Assembly (NCBI GenBank): GCA_015296085.1 | Contig: DVDT01000030.1 | Coordinates: 1 to 21,530, forward strand | Source: Trichormus sp. M33_DOE_039 | Lineage (GTDB): Bacteria; Cyanobacteriota; Cyanobacteriia; Cyanobacteriales; Nostocaceae | DNA: 21,530 nt | Reading direction: 5' to 3' | In this document: in pieces, positions 6,002 to 15,700 of the stretch | Layout: every line of letters starts with the position of its first letter | Numbering within the stretch: position 1 is the first letter of the stretch | Translations under genes and position numbers: made by a program | The notes under the pieces: model-generated | The model's input: the letters and a program-made list of their open reading frames with translations, nothing else | Databases searched by the model: none | Told to the model about the DNA's origin: nothing

Positions 6002-6970
6002 ATGAATAAACCTAAAATTTTTATTGACGGGGAATCGGGAACTACCGGCCTACAGATTTACTCGCGTCTCAATCAACGGGATGATATTGAATTAGTTAGT
6101 ATTGAGGCATCTAAACGCAAGGATGCGACGGAACGAGCCAAAATAATTAATGCTGTCGATGTTGTCATTCTTTGCTTACCAGACGATGCAGCCCGTGAAG
6201 CCGTTAGCTTGGTGATTAATAATCAAGTTAAAATTCTGGATGCTAGTACCGCCTATCGCACGGCTGCGGATTGGGTGTATGGCTTTCCTGAAATGAACCC
6301 AGGACAGCGAGAAAAAATTGCTCATGCTCAGTTTGTCAGCAATCCTGGTTGTTACCCTACGGGATTTTTAGCTTGTATTCGTCCATTAATCGCTCAGGGG
6401 ATAATTCCTCACACTTTTCCGCTCACGATTAATGCGGTGTCTGGTTACTCTGGCGGTGGTAAGAATCTCATTCAAAAATACGATACATTTCATGAACAGC
6501 AAACGGGGGCAAATTCGCTTTATCCCTACGGAATCTATGGTTTGCAGTTCGGACATAAACACGTCAAAGAAATGCACCAGCATTCTGGGTTAGCATCACC
6601 ACCATTATTTGTCCCCGCAGTTGGAGATTTTGCCCAGGGGATGTTAGTCCAGATACCTTTGCCTTTATGGACTTTAGCAAATCCCCCTTCAGGTGAAGCA
6701 ATTCATCAGGCGATCGCAGAATACTATGCAGGTGAAAAGTTTGTCCAGGTAGCCCCATTCCAAGATGCAAGTTTGCTGAGAGATGGAACTTTCTTGGATG
6801 CAATGGCGATGAACAACACTAATATTGTGCAGGTGTTCGTCTTCGCTAATGACGCTACCCAGGAAGCCTTATTAGTAGCGCGTCTCGACAACTTAGGTAA
6901 AGGTGCATCAGGCGCAGCCGTCCAGAATCTTAATATTATGTTGGGTGTCCCAGAAGATTTGGGACTTTGA
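6002..6970 (+). CDS. argC: N-acetyl-gamma-glutamyl-phosphate reductase, short (type 2) form
   Basis: 322-aa ORF. The N-terminal Rossmann motif is IFIDGESGTTGLQI. The catalytic cysteine sits in the context SNPGCYPTG. The C-terminal motif DNLGKGASGAAVQN is typical of ArgC. The length matches the ~310-320 aa ArgC2 type rather than the ~350-aa type 1. Confidence 0.88.
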   Translation: MNKPKIFIDGESGTTGLQIYSRLNQRDDIELVSIEASKRKDATERAKIINAVDVVILCLPDDAAREAVSLVINNQVKILDASTAYRTAADWVYGFPEMNPGQREKIAHAQFVSNPGCYPTGFLACIRPLIAQGIIPHTFPLTINAVSGYSGGGKNLIQKYDTFHEQQTGANSLYPYGIYGLQFGHKHVKEMHQHSGLASPPLFVPAVGDFAQGMLVQIPLPLWTLANPPSGEAIHQAIAEYYAGEKFVQVAPFQDASLLRDGTFLDAMAMNNTNIVQVFVFANDATQEALLVARLDNLGKGASGAAVQNLNIMLGVPEDLGL

Positions 6971-6985
6971 GGGGATTTGGGACAG

Positions 6986-7017
6986 GGGAGACAAGGAAGA
7001 ATTCTTTCTTATCTCCC
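6986..7017. terminator. Stem-loop between the convergent argC and membrane-protein genes (possible bidirectional terminator)
   Basis: GGGAGA (6986-6991) pairs with TCTCCC (7012-7017), and there is an inner AAGAATTCTT palindrome. It lies in the 66-bp gap between two convergent stop codons. No clear U-tract follows, so the call is weak. Confidence 0.3.
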
Positions 7018-7036
7018 TACTTAGCAATTAGCACTC

Positions 7037-8692
7037 TTAACTTTTTTCTTTGAATGAATCTAGCCATTCTCGCATTTGCTCGCGAGCGATGTCCCGACCA
7101 CCGAGTCCAAAGGCTAAAGCAATCGCAACAGCGATCGCACCTAATAGCAATCCGAATGCTAAATTGACAATATCGCTGGCTATGCCAATCTGTTGCAACG
7201 CCATTGCAGAAACTAGAGTGATAATGGAAATCCGTGCTGCTTGACCTAAAATCATGGCTTGGCGGTTTCCAGAACTGGTAATGATGTTAAAGGCGAGATT
7301 GGCTAAAAATAATCCAATAGCAAAGACTACTAAGCCAGCTAAAATTCGGCCAATAATTACCAGAATGCCAGTTACTAAAACCGTTAGTGCTGGAATATTG
7401 AGAATATTAACTGCTGCTACCGTAGCAAATAATAGAATCCCGACTAAAACCACAATACCTGCAACTTCCGATGGCGTACGGGTGGGAATTGTTGGTGTAG
7501 GTGTATCATCAACATCGGTGACAGGCTTGGCCTGAGGTACAGGTAGACCGAGGATAGAAAAAATGTTATTGAAGCCTAAACTTGTGAGGATGCTGGTAAC
7601 GACATCAGCCACAAACCGTCCCAAGAAATAGGCAAAAATCAATATGGTAATGGCTGTTAAGATGGCAGGTAAAACATTGAGAATCTGCTGTAACATAGCA
7701 ATCGCCGGTACAGAGATCGCCTCAATTTTTAAAGCATTAAGAGCAGCGATCGCCACAGGAATTAAAATCAATATGTAAACTATTGTCCCCGTAATGGCTG
7801 ATAAAGACTGCATCCCAGCGGCTGAAGACAGTCCTAATCTACTACCTAAGTGATCAACTCCCGTCGTCGCCAGCAAGTTACTGACAATCTGTCGCACCAC
7901 ATTCGCTAAAAACCAACCTAATCCAGCAATCAGTGTTGCTGCTAGGATATTGGGCAGAATCGAGAGAATTTCCGTAGTTAATGCTTGTACTGGTTGTAAT
8001 GCTTCCTTGAGTCCCAGGGTATCTAGAACGGGAACGAGAAACAATAAAAAGATAAACCAATATAAAGCCTGTCCAATTGTCTCACTCAAAGACAAGCGAT
8101 TGAGGGTGAGATGATCGTTTGTTTCGTCTTGTATCAAACGCTCATCTAGTTTCAATGCTTGCAGTCCCCGGATTGTCACCACCTTAACAATAGTTGCTAA
8201 GACCCAAGCTACTCCTAACAAAACGGCTGCACCTACTACTTTAGGTAAAAAGCCAATTAATTTTTCTAAAAAACTATTGAGTGGTCGAGAAGCTACCTCT
8301 AATCCCAAAGTTTGGAGGACAGCTACAACCGTTAAAAGAATGATGCTCCAAAAAACAAGGCTGGAAATAAACTTTTCCACTTGAGGGACATCTTGACGAC
8401 CAGTCACCCCAGCCGCAATGCGATTATCGATTTTAGTGCTGTTTAATATTTTGCGTGCGACAGTCGCCGCACCAGCTGCAATTAACCAGCCGACTAACAA
8501 AATCGCCGTTGCTCCTAGCAATCTGGGTATAAATTGCAGTACTGGCTGCAAAATTCCTTGTAAATCAGTCAGACTTTGATTTACCTCTGGTGATTCTATT
8601 GGCAGACTGGGTGATTGTGCTAATAATTGCTGCACCCTTGATAATAAATCTACTCTGCTTATCTGTAATACATCTGGCAAAGTTGTATTCAT
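7037..8692 (-). CDS. Multi-pass membrane protein built from repeated conserved TM-helix units (mechanosensitive-channel-associated TM_helix type); function unknown
   Basis: Open frame 7037-8740. The preferred start is the ATG at 8692 (MNTTLPDVL...), because the track start at 8740 is TTG and adds 16 aa. About five internal units share the pattern [LI]P.[IL][LV].A..[IL]L..G[WL][FL][LI]A..V, for example IPRLLGATAILLVGWLIAAG, LPKVVGAAVLLGVAWVLATIV and LPNILAATLIAGLGWFLANVV. The tail is charged: GGRDIAREQMREWLDSFKEKS. Confidence 0.8.
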   Translation of the reverse strand: MNTTLPDVLQISRVDLLSRVQQLLAQSPSLPIESPEVNQSLTDLQGILQPVLQFIPRLLGATAILLVGWLIAAGAATVARKILNSTKIDNRIAAGVTGRQDVPQVEKFISSLVFWSIILLTVVAVLQTLGLEVASRPLNSFLEKLIGFLPKVVGAAVLLGVAWVLATIVKVVTIRGLQALKLDERLIQDETNDHLTLNRLSLSETIGQALYWFIFLLFLVPVLDTLGLKEALQPVQALTTEILSILPNILAATLIAGLGWFLANVVRQIVSNLLATTGVDHLGSRLGLSSAAGMQSLSAITGTIVYILILIPVAIAALNALKIEAISVPAIAMLQQILNVLPAILTAITILIFAYFLGRFVADVVTSILTSLGFNNIFSILGLPVPQAKPVTDVDDTPTPTIPTRTPSEVAGIVVLVGILLFATVAAVNILNIPALTVLVTGILVIIGRILAGLVVFAIGLFLANLAFNIITSSGNRQAMILGQAARISIITLVSAMALQQIGIASDIVNLAFGLLLGAIAVAIALAFGLGGRDIAREQMREWLDSFKEKS

Positions 8693-9078
8693 ATGTGTAA
8701 AAACATTACTAGTTATGGCGAAGAGAACGCAGTCAAACAAAGCGATGCGCTAAGGCGATCGCCAACAATAATTGTTGCAATCACTACCATCACTTTCCTG
8801 TATAAAAGACTGTGCGGACAGAGACGTAAAAGCTGACACAGACTAAATCACAACTTATAATCCTAGTAAATTTGCTAAATTTTGATTCACTCCATTGTGT
8901 TCTATTGTTTTGCGTATTAATTTACCAGTAAGAGTACATTTTTAATTGATCACTAGAGTATTTTTTTACTTTTTTCAGTTTTTCAGTAAAACTTATACAG
9001 TAGGGAACGAAGAACAGGAAACAGAGAACAGAGTTAAAATTCTTTTGATATATGGCGTTGTTCTTCCCATTCCCTAAT

Positions 9079-9099
9079 CCCCAGTCCCCAGTCCCCAGT
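9079..9099. repeat. STRR1-type heptamer tandem repeat, CCCCAGT x3
   Basis: CCCCAGT occurs at 9079-9085, 9086-9092 and 9093-9099, immediately upstream of the ATG at 9106. This is the classic short tandemly repeated repetitive sequence of heterocystous cyanobacteria. Confidence 0.9.
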
Positions 9100-9105
9100 T
9101 TCCAA

Positions 9106-9558
9106 ATGTCTCAACTTATAGAGCAATCAATACAAATTAACGCTACAGCCACCGCAGTAGAACGCTGTTTTACCGATTTAGAACTCATGCACCGTTGGCT
9201 AAACCCCGTGTTGCGTTGTGAACCTGTGGGTAAAAGTTGGAGTACAGAGATAGGTAGTAAAAGCCGCTTTTTAATTCAAATTCCCCTCATGCCACCCACA
9301 TTAAATAGTGTGGTAGTAGAAAGGCAACCGGGTTTAGTCGTGTGGGAATTTCAGGGATTTTTCCAAGGACGCGATCGCTGGGAATGCCAACCCACATCAC
9401 AAGGTACACTTTTACTCAACCGCTTTGAATTTGAGATTCCCAATCCCATAGTCAATTGGGGCTTTAACGCCTTCGCCGCCAAGTGGACAAAAGAAGATAT
9501 GCAAGCACAGCTACGCCGCCTCAAACGTGTAGCCGAAGAATTACAAATAGCTCGTTAG
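9106..9558 (+). CDS. SRPBCC-superfamily (polyketide cyclase/dehydrase-like) protein
   Basis: The ORF is open from 9052, but the first 18 codons run through the STRR heptamers. The ATG at 9106 gives MSQLIEQSIQINATATAVERCFTDLELMHRWLNP..., a typical SRPBCC N-terminus. The size of ~150 aa and the W- and F-rich beta pattern also fit. The family call comes from motif recollection only. Confidence 0.65.
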   Translation: MSQLIEQSIQINATATAVERCFTDLELMHRWLNPVLRCEPVGKSWSTEIGSKSRFLIQIPLMPPTLNSVVVERQPGLVVWEFQGFFQGRDRWECQPTSQGTLLLNRFEFEIPNPIVNWGFNAFAAKWTKEDMQAQLRRLKRVAEELQIAR

Positions 9559-9690
9559 TCAATACTCCGTGTTACTTTGCCCTGATCTCAGCGTACCTAT
9601 GCGTTGAAAAAACAGCGTTTCAACTTCGTCTCAATAACCTGATGTAGAAGAATTGGTAAAATTGTAAAGAAATATTAAGGCTATAGGTTC

Positions 9691-10683
9691 ATGAATTGGT
9701 TTGCTTCTGGGCTGGGACTGCTTCTAGCACTACTGACAATAGGCATAGTATTGTATCTAATTACTGCTCGCCGTTATGAATCATCTAACTCCGTAGCCAA
9801 TTCTTATGACCAATGGACTGAAGATGGGATTTTAGAATTCTACTGGGGCGAACATATCCACTTAGGTCATTATGGTTTACCACCACAACGCAAAGATTTT
9901 TTGACCGCTAAATCCGACTTTGTACATGAAATGGTGCGTTGGGGTGGGTTAGATAAGTTACCCCCTAAAACAACCGTCTTAGATGTAGGCTGTGGAATTG
10001 GGGGTAGTAGCCGCATATTGGCACGAGACTACGGGTTTTCCGTCACAGGTATTACCATCAGTCCCCAACAGGTTGAACGCGCCAAACAATTAACTGCTCA
10101 GGAACTTGATGCACAATTTCTTGTAGATGATGCGATGGCACTTTCTTTCCCAGATGCTAGTTTTGACGTTGTTTGGTCGATTGAAGCCGGCCCGCATATG
10201 CCAGATAAAGCCGTGTTTGCCAAGGAGTTAATGCGAGTATTAAAGCCAGGTGGAGTAATGGTTTTAGCTGACTGGAATCAGCGAGACGATCGCCAAAAAC
10301 CGCTCAATTTTTGGGAAAAACCAGTTATGCAACAACTACTAGACCAGTGGTCTCATCCTGCTTTTGCTAGTATTGAAGGCTTTTCTGAACTGTTGGTAGC
10401 AACGGGATTAGTCTCAGGGGATGTGATCACAGCAGACTGGACACAACAGACACTTCCTTCTTGGTTAGACTCTATTTGGCAAGGTGTAATTCGACCAGAG
10501 GGACTGGTGCGTTTTGGTCTATCTGGGTTGATTAAATCTCTGCGAGAAGTCCCAACTCTGCTACTGATGCGGCTAGCATTCGGTACAGGTTTATGCCGTT
10601 TTGGTATGTTTCGTGCTTTACGAGCTAATTCTTCGGCACAATCAACAACGCAGACCGCTACCAACAAAACTGCTCAAGTTTGA
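9691..10683 (+). CDS. SAM-dependent methyltransferase, MPBQ/MSBQ (2-methyl-6-phytyl/solanesyl-1,4-benzoquinol) methyltransferase of the Synechocystis Sll0418 type (plastoquinone/tocopherol pathway)
   Basis: 330 aa. It has an N-terminal TM helix (GLGLLLALLTIGIVLYLI) and SAM motif I VLDVGCGIGGSS. Long blocks match what I recall of Sll0418: SVANSYDQWTEDGILEFYWGEHIHLGHYG, DVVWSIEAGPHMPDKAVFAKEL, ADWNQRDDRQKPLNFWEKPVMQQLLDQWSHPAFASIEGF and LLMRLAFGTGLCRFGMF. Confidence 0.82.
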   Translation: MNWFASGLGLLLALLTIGIVLYLITARRYESSNSVANSYDQWTEDGILEFYWGEHIHLGHYGLPPQRKDFLTAKSDFVHEMVRWGGLDKLPPKTTVLDVGCGIGGSSRILARDYGFSVTGITISPQQVERAKQLTAQELDAQFLVDDAMALSFPDASFDVVWSIEAGPHMPDKAVFAKELMRVLKPGGVMVLADWNQRDDRQKPLNFWEKPVMQQLLDQWSHPAFASIEGFSELLVATGLVSGDVITADWTQQTLPSWLDSIWQGVIRPEGLVRFGLSGLIKSLREVPTLLLMRLAFGTGLCRFGMFRALRANSSAQSTTQTATNKTAQV

Positions 10684-10800
10684 TGTGCTGATCAGATTCA
10701 ATCAAGATTTGACACCTAGCCTACAGCGATCGCTTTCTAGCTTGTCTACTATTAGCCAGTTATCAACTAGCGATCGCTGATTCCAAACAGGCTTTCTATA

Positions 10801-11140
10801 ATTACAGGACTTACGCATCCAGGCTGTCTGTTGAGACTGGGTGTAAGGGTGTAAGGGTGTAGGGGTGTAAGGGTTTTAAATATAGCGGTTCTAGTTTGGG
10901 TGTAGCACAGTTTTGACCTCTCTCCAAACCTCTCTCCTACAAGAAGGAGCCACTGCGTTGCGGAGGTTCCCTCCGTTGTAGCAAGTGGCGTTAGAGGCTT
11001 TGAGTTTTATTCCCCTTCCCTTGTAGAGAAGGGGTTAGGGGTTAGGTCTATATTCCATTCAACTGCCGCTATATTTACACCCCTATACTCTTATACCTTT
11101 CTCCAAACCCTTGATTTTTCGTTTTCATGCGTAATTCCTA
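10801..11140. repeat. MITE-like composite element: ~340-bp nested imperfect palindrome
   Basis: Nested inverted repeats are visible. The outer pair is GGACTTACGCAT (10807-10818) with ATGCGTAATTCC (11127-11138). The G-rich octamer array GGGTGTAA x4-5 (10839-10875) faces the C-rich TTTACACCCCTATAC... (11074-11100). AAATATAGCGG (10878-10888) pairs with CCGCTATATTT (11066-11076). CTCTCCTACAAG faces CTTGTAGAGAAGG. A central hairpin lies at 10949-10989. There is no ORF inside. Confidence 0.6.
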
Positions 11141-11300
11141 AAAGTCTCTTAATTGCGAATTGGTATTATTTTTTAACCAGATATTGAGTTGATACTCAAC
11201 ACCAGAAAACGCAATAGGTTGACGGTAATTACTCCAGTAATTCCAGAAAATAAAATATAAAATTAGTAAAAATTATAATCATTACAAGGGGAAGGAAGAG

Positions 11301-11465
11301 ATGGAACTCATAGACTTAACCCTATCTAAATATCGTTGGTATCGCCGCCTACGGGGTGGGACATGGTGGCAAGTAGAAATTCCCTTATTTGATGGTTCTC
11401 AAATTACTTGGGTACATAATTTACCAGAATGTGAATGCTATATTCTGCAAACAGAAGACTACTAG
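11301..11465 (+). CDS. Candidate small ORF (54 aa), below the ORF-track length cutoff
   Basis: The ATG at 11301 is preceded by the purine-rich AAGGGGAAGGAAGAG (11286-11300), and the stop is TAG at 11463-11465. The product MELIDLTLSKYRWYRRLRGGTWWQVEIPLFDGSQITWVHNLPECECYILQTEDY is W-rich and not low-complexity. I recognise no homology. Confidence 0.3.
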   Translation: MELIDLTLSKYRWYRRLRGGTWWQVEIPLFDGSQITWVHNLPECECYILQTEDY

Positions 11466-11715
11466 TTTTGTAGTAATGACTGGGGATTCGACTATTTTAT
11501 TGAAGTTAGCAAAATCACTAAATGAACTAGGAATAAAGATTTGGAAAATGGTTTTTTGAATTGTGACAAATGATGAATTGATACGCAATATTAACTTATA
11601 CCAATCCTCCAACATTCAATAACAGATGCAAACTCTAAAACTCAAGCAGCATCTCTCGTAATTTTGAATTTGGTAAGCGCAAGCCGTTACACAGGAAACA
11701 GTAGCTGTAAAAACT

Positions 11716-12534
11716 TTAACTTTCTAAATCACTCAGTAATCGCCGGATGAGTGCCGCGTCTTCAGTTTCAGGAGTTCTCGTCAGATAATTTTGTAGGTCT
11801 GCGGTAGCTTCCGAATAATTACCTAATTGATAGTTTAATAAACCGCGATCGCGCACTTCTGAACTAGCATCAGGATAAAGCAACAAAATTCTTTCAACGA
11901 CAGCCAAACTTTTTTCTAACTGTTGCTGTCTAAGATAAATATATTTTAAATTAGCTAACATTCGTGCCAAGAATTGTCGCTTACTCACTGTAGCCAAAAA
12001 CTCTGGACGTAGAGTTATGTTCTGCTGAAACATTTGATTCAATCTATCGTGACAATCTTGGGCAAACATTACTTCGCCACGATTGAAAGCATCCACAAAA
12101 ATTTCCATATCTGGAATTGCTGGACGAATGAGGAAATGTCCCGGCATTCCTATACCTACCATCGGAAAATCTATCCGCCTTGCAATCTCCAAATACACTA
12201 AAGCTAATGTTATTGGAATGCCCGTGCGCCGGTCAATCACATCATTTAAGAAGCTATTACAGGGATCATAATAGTTACTTTGATTCCCCTTAAATCCTAA
12301 GTCATCGTAAAGATATTGATTGATAGTTTGAATGACTCGTAATGGATAACGGGAAGATGGCAAACGTTCTTGCACTTCTTGCGCCATCGTATCCAAAACG
12401 TTTAAATATTCTTCTATATCAATGTAAGGATATTCTTCTTTAGCGATGTATAAAGCTGCCTTAGCTAAGTCAATATACTCATCAGAATGCTGAATTTCTT
12501 GATAGAAATATTGACGTGGTAAAGAGAAAGTCAT
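11716..12534 (-). CDS. SirB1/YchA-like protein (transglutaminase-like N-terminal domain plus C-terminal TPR)
   Basis: The frame is open to the GTG at 12543, with an ATG at 12534 (MTFSLPRQYF...). The diagnostic block RRTGIPITLALVYLEIARRIDFPMVGIGMPGHFLIRP is present, followed by a TPR-like C-terminus (LKYIYLRQQQLEKSLAVVERILLLYPD...RDRGLLNYQLGNYSEATADLQNYL). Confidence 0.78.
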   Translation of the reverse strand: MTFSLPRQYFYQEIQHSDEYIDLAKAALYIAKEEYPYIDIEEYLNVLDTMAQEVQERLPSSRYPLRVIQTINQYLYDDLGFKGNQSNYYDPCNSFLNDVIDRRTGIPITLALVYLEIARRIDFPMVGIGMPGHFLIRPAIPDMEIFVDAFNRGEVMFAQDCHDRLNQMFQQNITLRPEFLATVSKRQFLARMLANLKYIYLRQQQLEKSLAVVERILLLYPDASSEVRDRGLLNYQLGNYSEATADLQNYLTRTPETEDAALIRRLLSDLES

Positions 12535-12668
12535 AAGCAACACCTGATAATAAGTGTAACAGGGAACAGAGAATCGGGAATAAGGAAAAAGCGCGTATAG
12601 TAATTCGATTTTAGTAATTAATCTTTTTCAATTCTTGATTAAAAAAGTGAATAATATTAGGTTTTATT

Positions 12669-12698
12669 TCCCCCCAATGGTGGATGAAGTTGGGGGGA
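12669..12698. terminator. 9-bp G/C-rich stem-loop just downstream of the RND gene stop
   Basis: TCCCCCCAA (12669-12677) pairs perfectly with TTGGGGGGA (12690-12698) around a 12-nt loop, 26 nt beyond the stop of the minus-strand RND gene. On the minus strand an A-rich run follows rather than a U-tract, so intrinsic-terminator status is uncertain. Confidence 0.3.
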
Positions 12699-12723
12699 TG
12701 CTCACATTTAGGTGGAGCAAAGC

Positions 12724-15700
12724 TCATTCATCATTGCTTGTTGTCGCTGAAGCCACAGTTTTTCTATCTGATGAAGTTGTACTAGTTGCTAATACTGGCT
12801 TCTGATTTGAATTGAGGAAACGTTCACTCATTGTCTTAATTACAATATACAAGATTGGCACGATAAACAAACTTAAGAATGTGGCGATTAACATCCCACC
12901 AAACACTGCTGTTCCCAATGATTGACGACTTCCCGCGCCTGCACCTGTGGCAGTAGTTAAGGGAAAAATACCGATGAGTGTGGAAAAGGCAGTCATCAGA
13001 ATGGGGCGTAGTCGTTCTTGGGAAGCTTCAATTGTGGCTTTGGTGATGCTCAATCCTTGTTCACGTAACTGGTTAGCAAATTCCACAATTAAAATCGCAT
13101 TCTTACTTGCTAAACCAATCAACATCACTAAACCAATTTGACAGTAAACATCGTTAGCAAAACCTCGCATTGATTGAGCTACCAATGCACCAAAAATTGC
13201 TAGAGGTACGGATAAAAGAATGATGATTGGGTCTATATAATTTTCGTATTGGGCTGCTAGTACTAAAAAGACAAATACTAGTCCCAAACCAAAAATTAGG
13301 GGTGCTAAACCACCGGATTCTTGTTCTTCTAAAGAAGTCCCAGACCATTCATAACCATAGCCAGCTGGTAAAACTGCTTGCGCTGCTTGTTCCATTCTGT
13401 TAATTGCATCCCCAGAACTGAACCCAGGTGCAGCAGAGCCATTAATTTCTATGGAACGAAATAAATTGTAGTGGTTAATTGTTTGCGCTCCCACAATAGA
13501 AGTAATTTTGACTAAGTTCCCCAGGGGAATCATTTGATTAGTTTGCGATCGCACATACAATTGTTCAATATCTTTGGGGTTAGCGCGGAACTGTTGGTCT
13601 GCTTGCACATACACTCGATAGTTGCGCTGCTGCAAGTTAAAATCATTTACGTACTGAGAACCTAAAGCCGTTTGTAAGGTACTGAAAATATCATTAATAG
13701 AAACTTGCAGTGCTTTGGCTTTGTTACGGTCTACTTCTACTAACAACTGTGGTGTATTAGCAGCAAAGGTGCTAAACACAGCTTGTAATCCTGGTGTTTG
13801 GTTGGCGCGTCCTAGCAATTGTCCCATTGTCTGCACCAGATTCTCTAAACCGCTATTTCCTCGACGGTCTTGGAGTTGAAAGGTAAAACCGCCAAAGTTA
13901 CCCAACCCTTGAATTCCTGGGGGGTTAACAGGAAAAACTCTCGCTTCGGGAATGGCAAAAAACTTGCCTTGCAGTTTACCAATGATGGCTTGTACTGATT
14001 GGTCTGGTCGAGGGCGTTCATCCCAAGGTTTTAAGGTGGTGAAGATAATCCCGCTATTGGCTGTACTACCACTAAAACCAAAACCGCCAACTGCAAAAGT
14101 TCCTACTACTTCTGGTAGTTGCAGAATTTCTTGTTCTACCTCTGACATCACATCACTTGTGTATTGCAAAGATACCCCTTGTGGCCCTTGAATAATCGTG
14201 ATGAAATAACCTTGGTCTTCATCAGGTAAAAAAGCTGTGGGAACTGTAGTGTACAGCCAAACTGTCATGCCCAAGGAAACGATGAATAGACCGATGATAA
14301 TGCTTTTGATGCGGGTGAGGAAGGTGAGCGATCGCTGATAGCCTCGTTGTACCCAATCCAAAAATCGATTGATCTGGTCAAAAATCCACCCCAGCCAGCC
14401 TGTTGGCTTTTGTCCCTGACGTAGTAACAAAGCACACAAAGACGGTGTCAGGGTCAAAGCCAAAAATGTCGAAATGACAATTGAAAAAGCGATGGTTAAA
14501 GCAAATTGTCGATACAATGCGCCAGTAGTTCCGGGAAAGAATGCTACCGGCACAAACACCGCCATCAATACTAAGGAAGTAGCGATAACTGCACCAAACA
14601 GTTCCGCCATTGATTCACTAGCAGCCCGACGGGGTTGAATGCCTTTATCCTGAATAAAACGGCTAATTTGCTCAACTACAACAATTGCATCGTCTACTAC
14701 CATCCCCGATGCTAGGGTCAAACCAAACAAGGTCAAACTATTAATCGAAAAGTTAAAAACTTTAACGAAAGCGAATGTCCCTACCAAAGCCAAAGGAATG
14801 GTCAACGCCGGAATTAGAGTGGTGCGCCAGTCTTGCAAGAAGAAGAAAATCACCAGCACCACTAAAATTACGGCTTCTATCAGAGTTTTCACCACTTCTG
14901 CGAGGGATTCTTCGACGAAGGTTGTAGTATCGAAAGCCACCTGATATTTCATTCCCGGTGGTAAACTCGGAGCTAATCGAGCCATCTCCTCTTTCACTCC
15001 CTTGGCTACATCCAAAGCGTTACTCCCAGGAACTTGGTAAACTCCTAACCCGACTGCCTCTTTGCCCCGAAACCGCAAGAATGTGTTGTAGTTTTCTGCT
15101 CCTAGTTCGGCTCTACCGACATCTTGGAGTTTAACTAAAGTCCCATCACTCTCAGTTTTGATCACAAGTTCTTCAAACTCTTTTGTATCCGTCAGTCGGC
15201 TAGCAGCCCGTACATCGAGTTGATATTCTTGTCCTTTGGGTGCAGGTTCTTGTCCAATTCTCCCTGCACCAACTTGCAAGTTTTGTTCTGCCAGCGCATT
15301 GGTGACATCTGCTGTAGTTAAACCCCGACTCGCTAAACGATTGGGATCTAACCACAAACGCATAGCATAGCGACGTTCCCCGAAAATCCGCACATCACCC
15401 ACACCTTTAACCCGTTTTAAGGCATCTGCTAAGTAAAGATCAGCGTAGTTACTGAGAAATATGTTGTCATATTCCTGATTATCTGTATACAAGCCGATCG
15501 CCAACAAAATATTGTTAGATTGTTTACTTACCCGCACTCCTGTGCGTTGCACAGCATCGGGTAATTGAGCTTCAGCCACGGAAACACGATTCTGGACATC
15601 GACGGCAGCAATATCTTTATCCCGCGAGGCATCGAAAGTTACTGTAATGCTGCTAGAACCATCGTTGCTGCTGCTGGAAGTAATATATTTAACACCCTCA

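Noticed and set aside
6386-6803. Minus-strand ORFs 6386-6583 and 6564-6803
   Set aside because: They are antisense to argC and have no supporting features.
7050-8060. ORFs 7050-7244 (+), 7254-7535 (+) and 7878-8060 (-), all inside the membrane-protein gene
   Set aside because: They are antisense or out of frame relative to the long TM-helix-repeat CDS. The Ala/Pro/Thr-rich products are what the reverse translation of a hydrophobic gene would give.
8693-8740. 16-codon N-terminal extension of the membrane protein from the TTG at 8740
   Set aside because: An ATG at 8692 gives a sensible N-terminus, and the extension depends on a rare TTG start. I kept it as an alternative only.
10353-10667. 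Minus-strand ORF 10353-10667 (104 aa)
   Set aside because: It is antisense to the strongly supported methyltransferase CDS.
11421-11615. Minus-strand ORF 11421-11615 (64 aa)
   Set aside because: It lies in an AT-rich region, and its product is dominated by F, I, N and S without motifs. It overlaps the slightly better plus-strand 54-codon ORF. Neither is strongly supported.
12083-12271. Plus-strand ORF 12083-12271
   Set aside because: It is antisense to the SirB1-like CDS.
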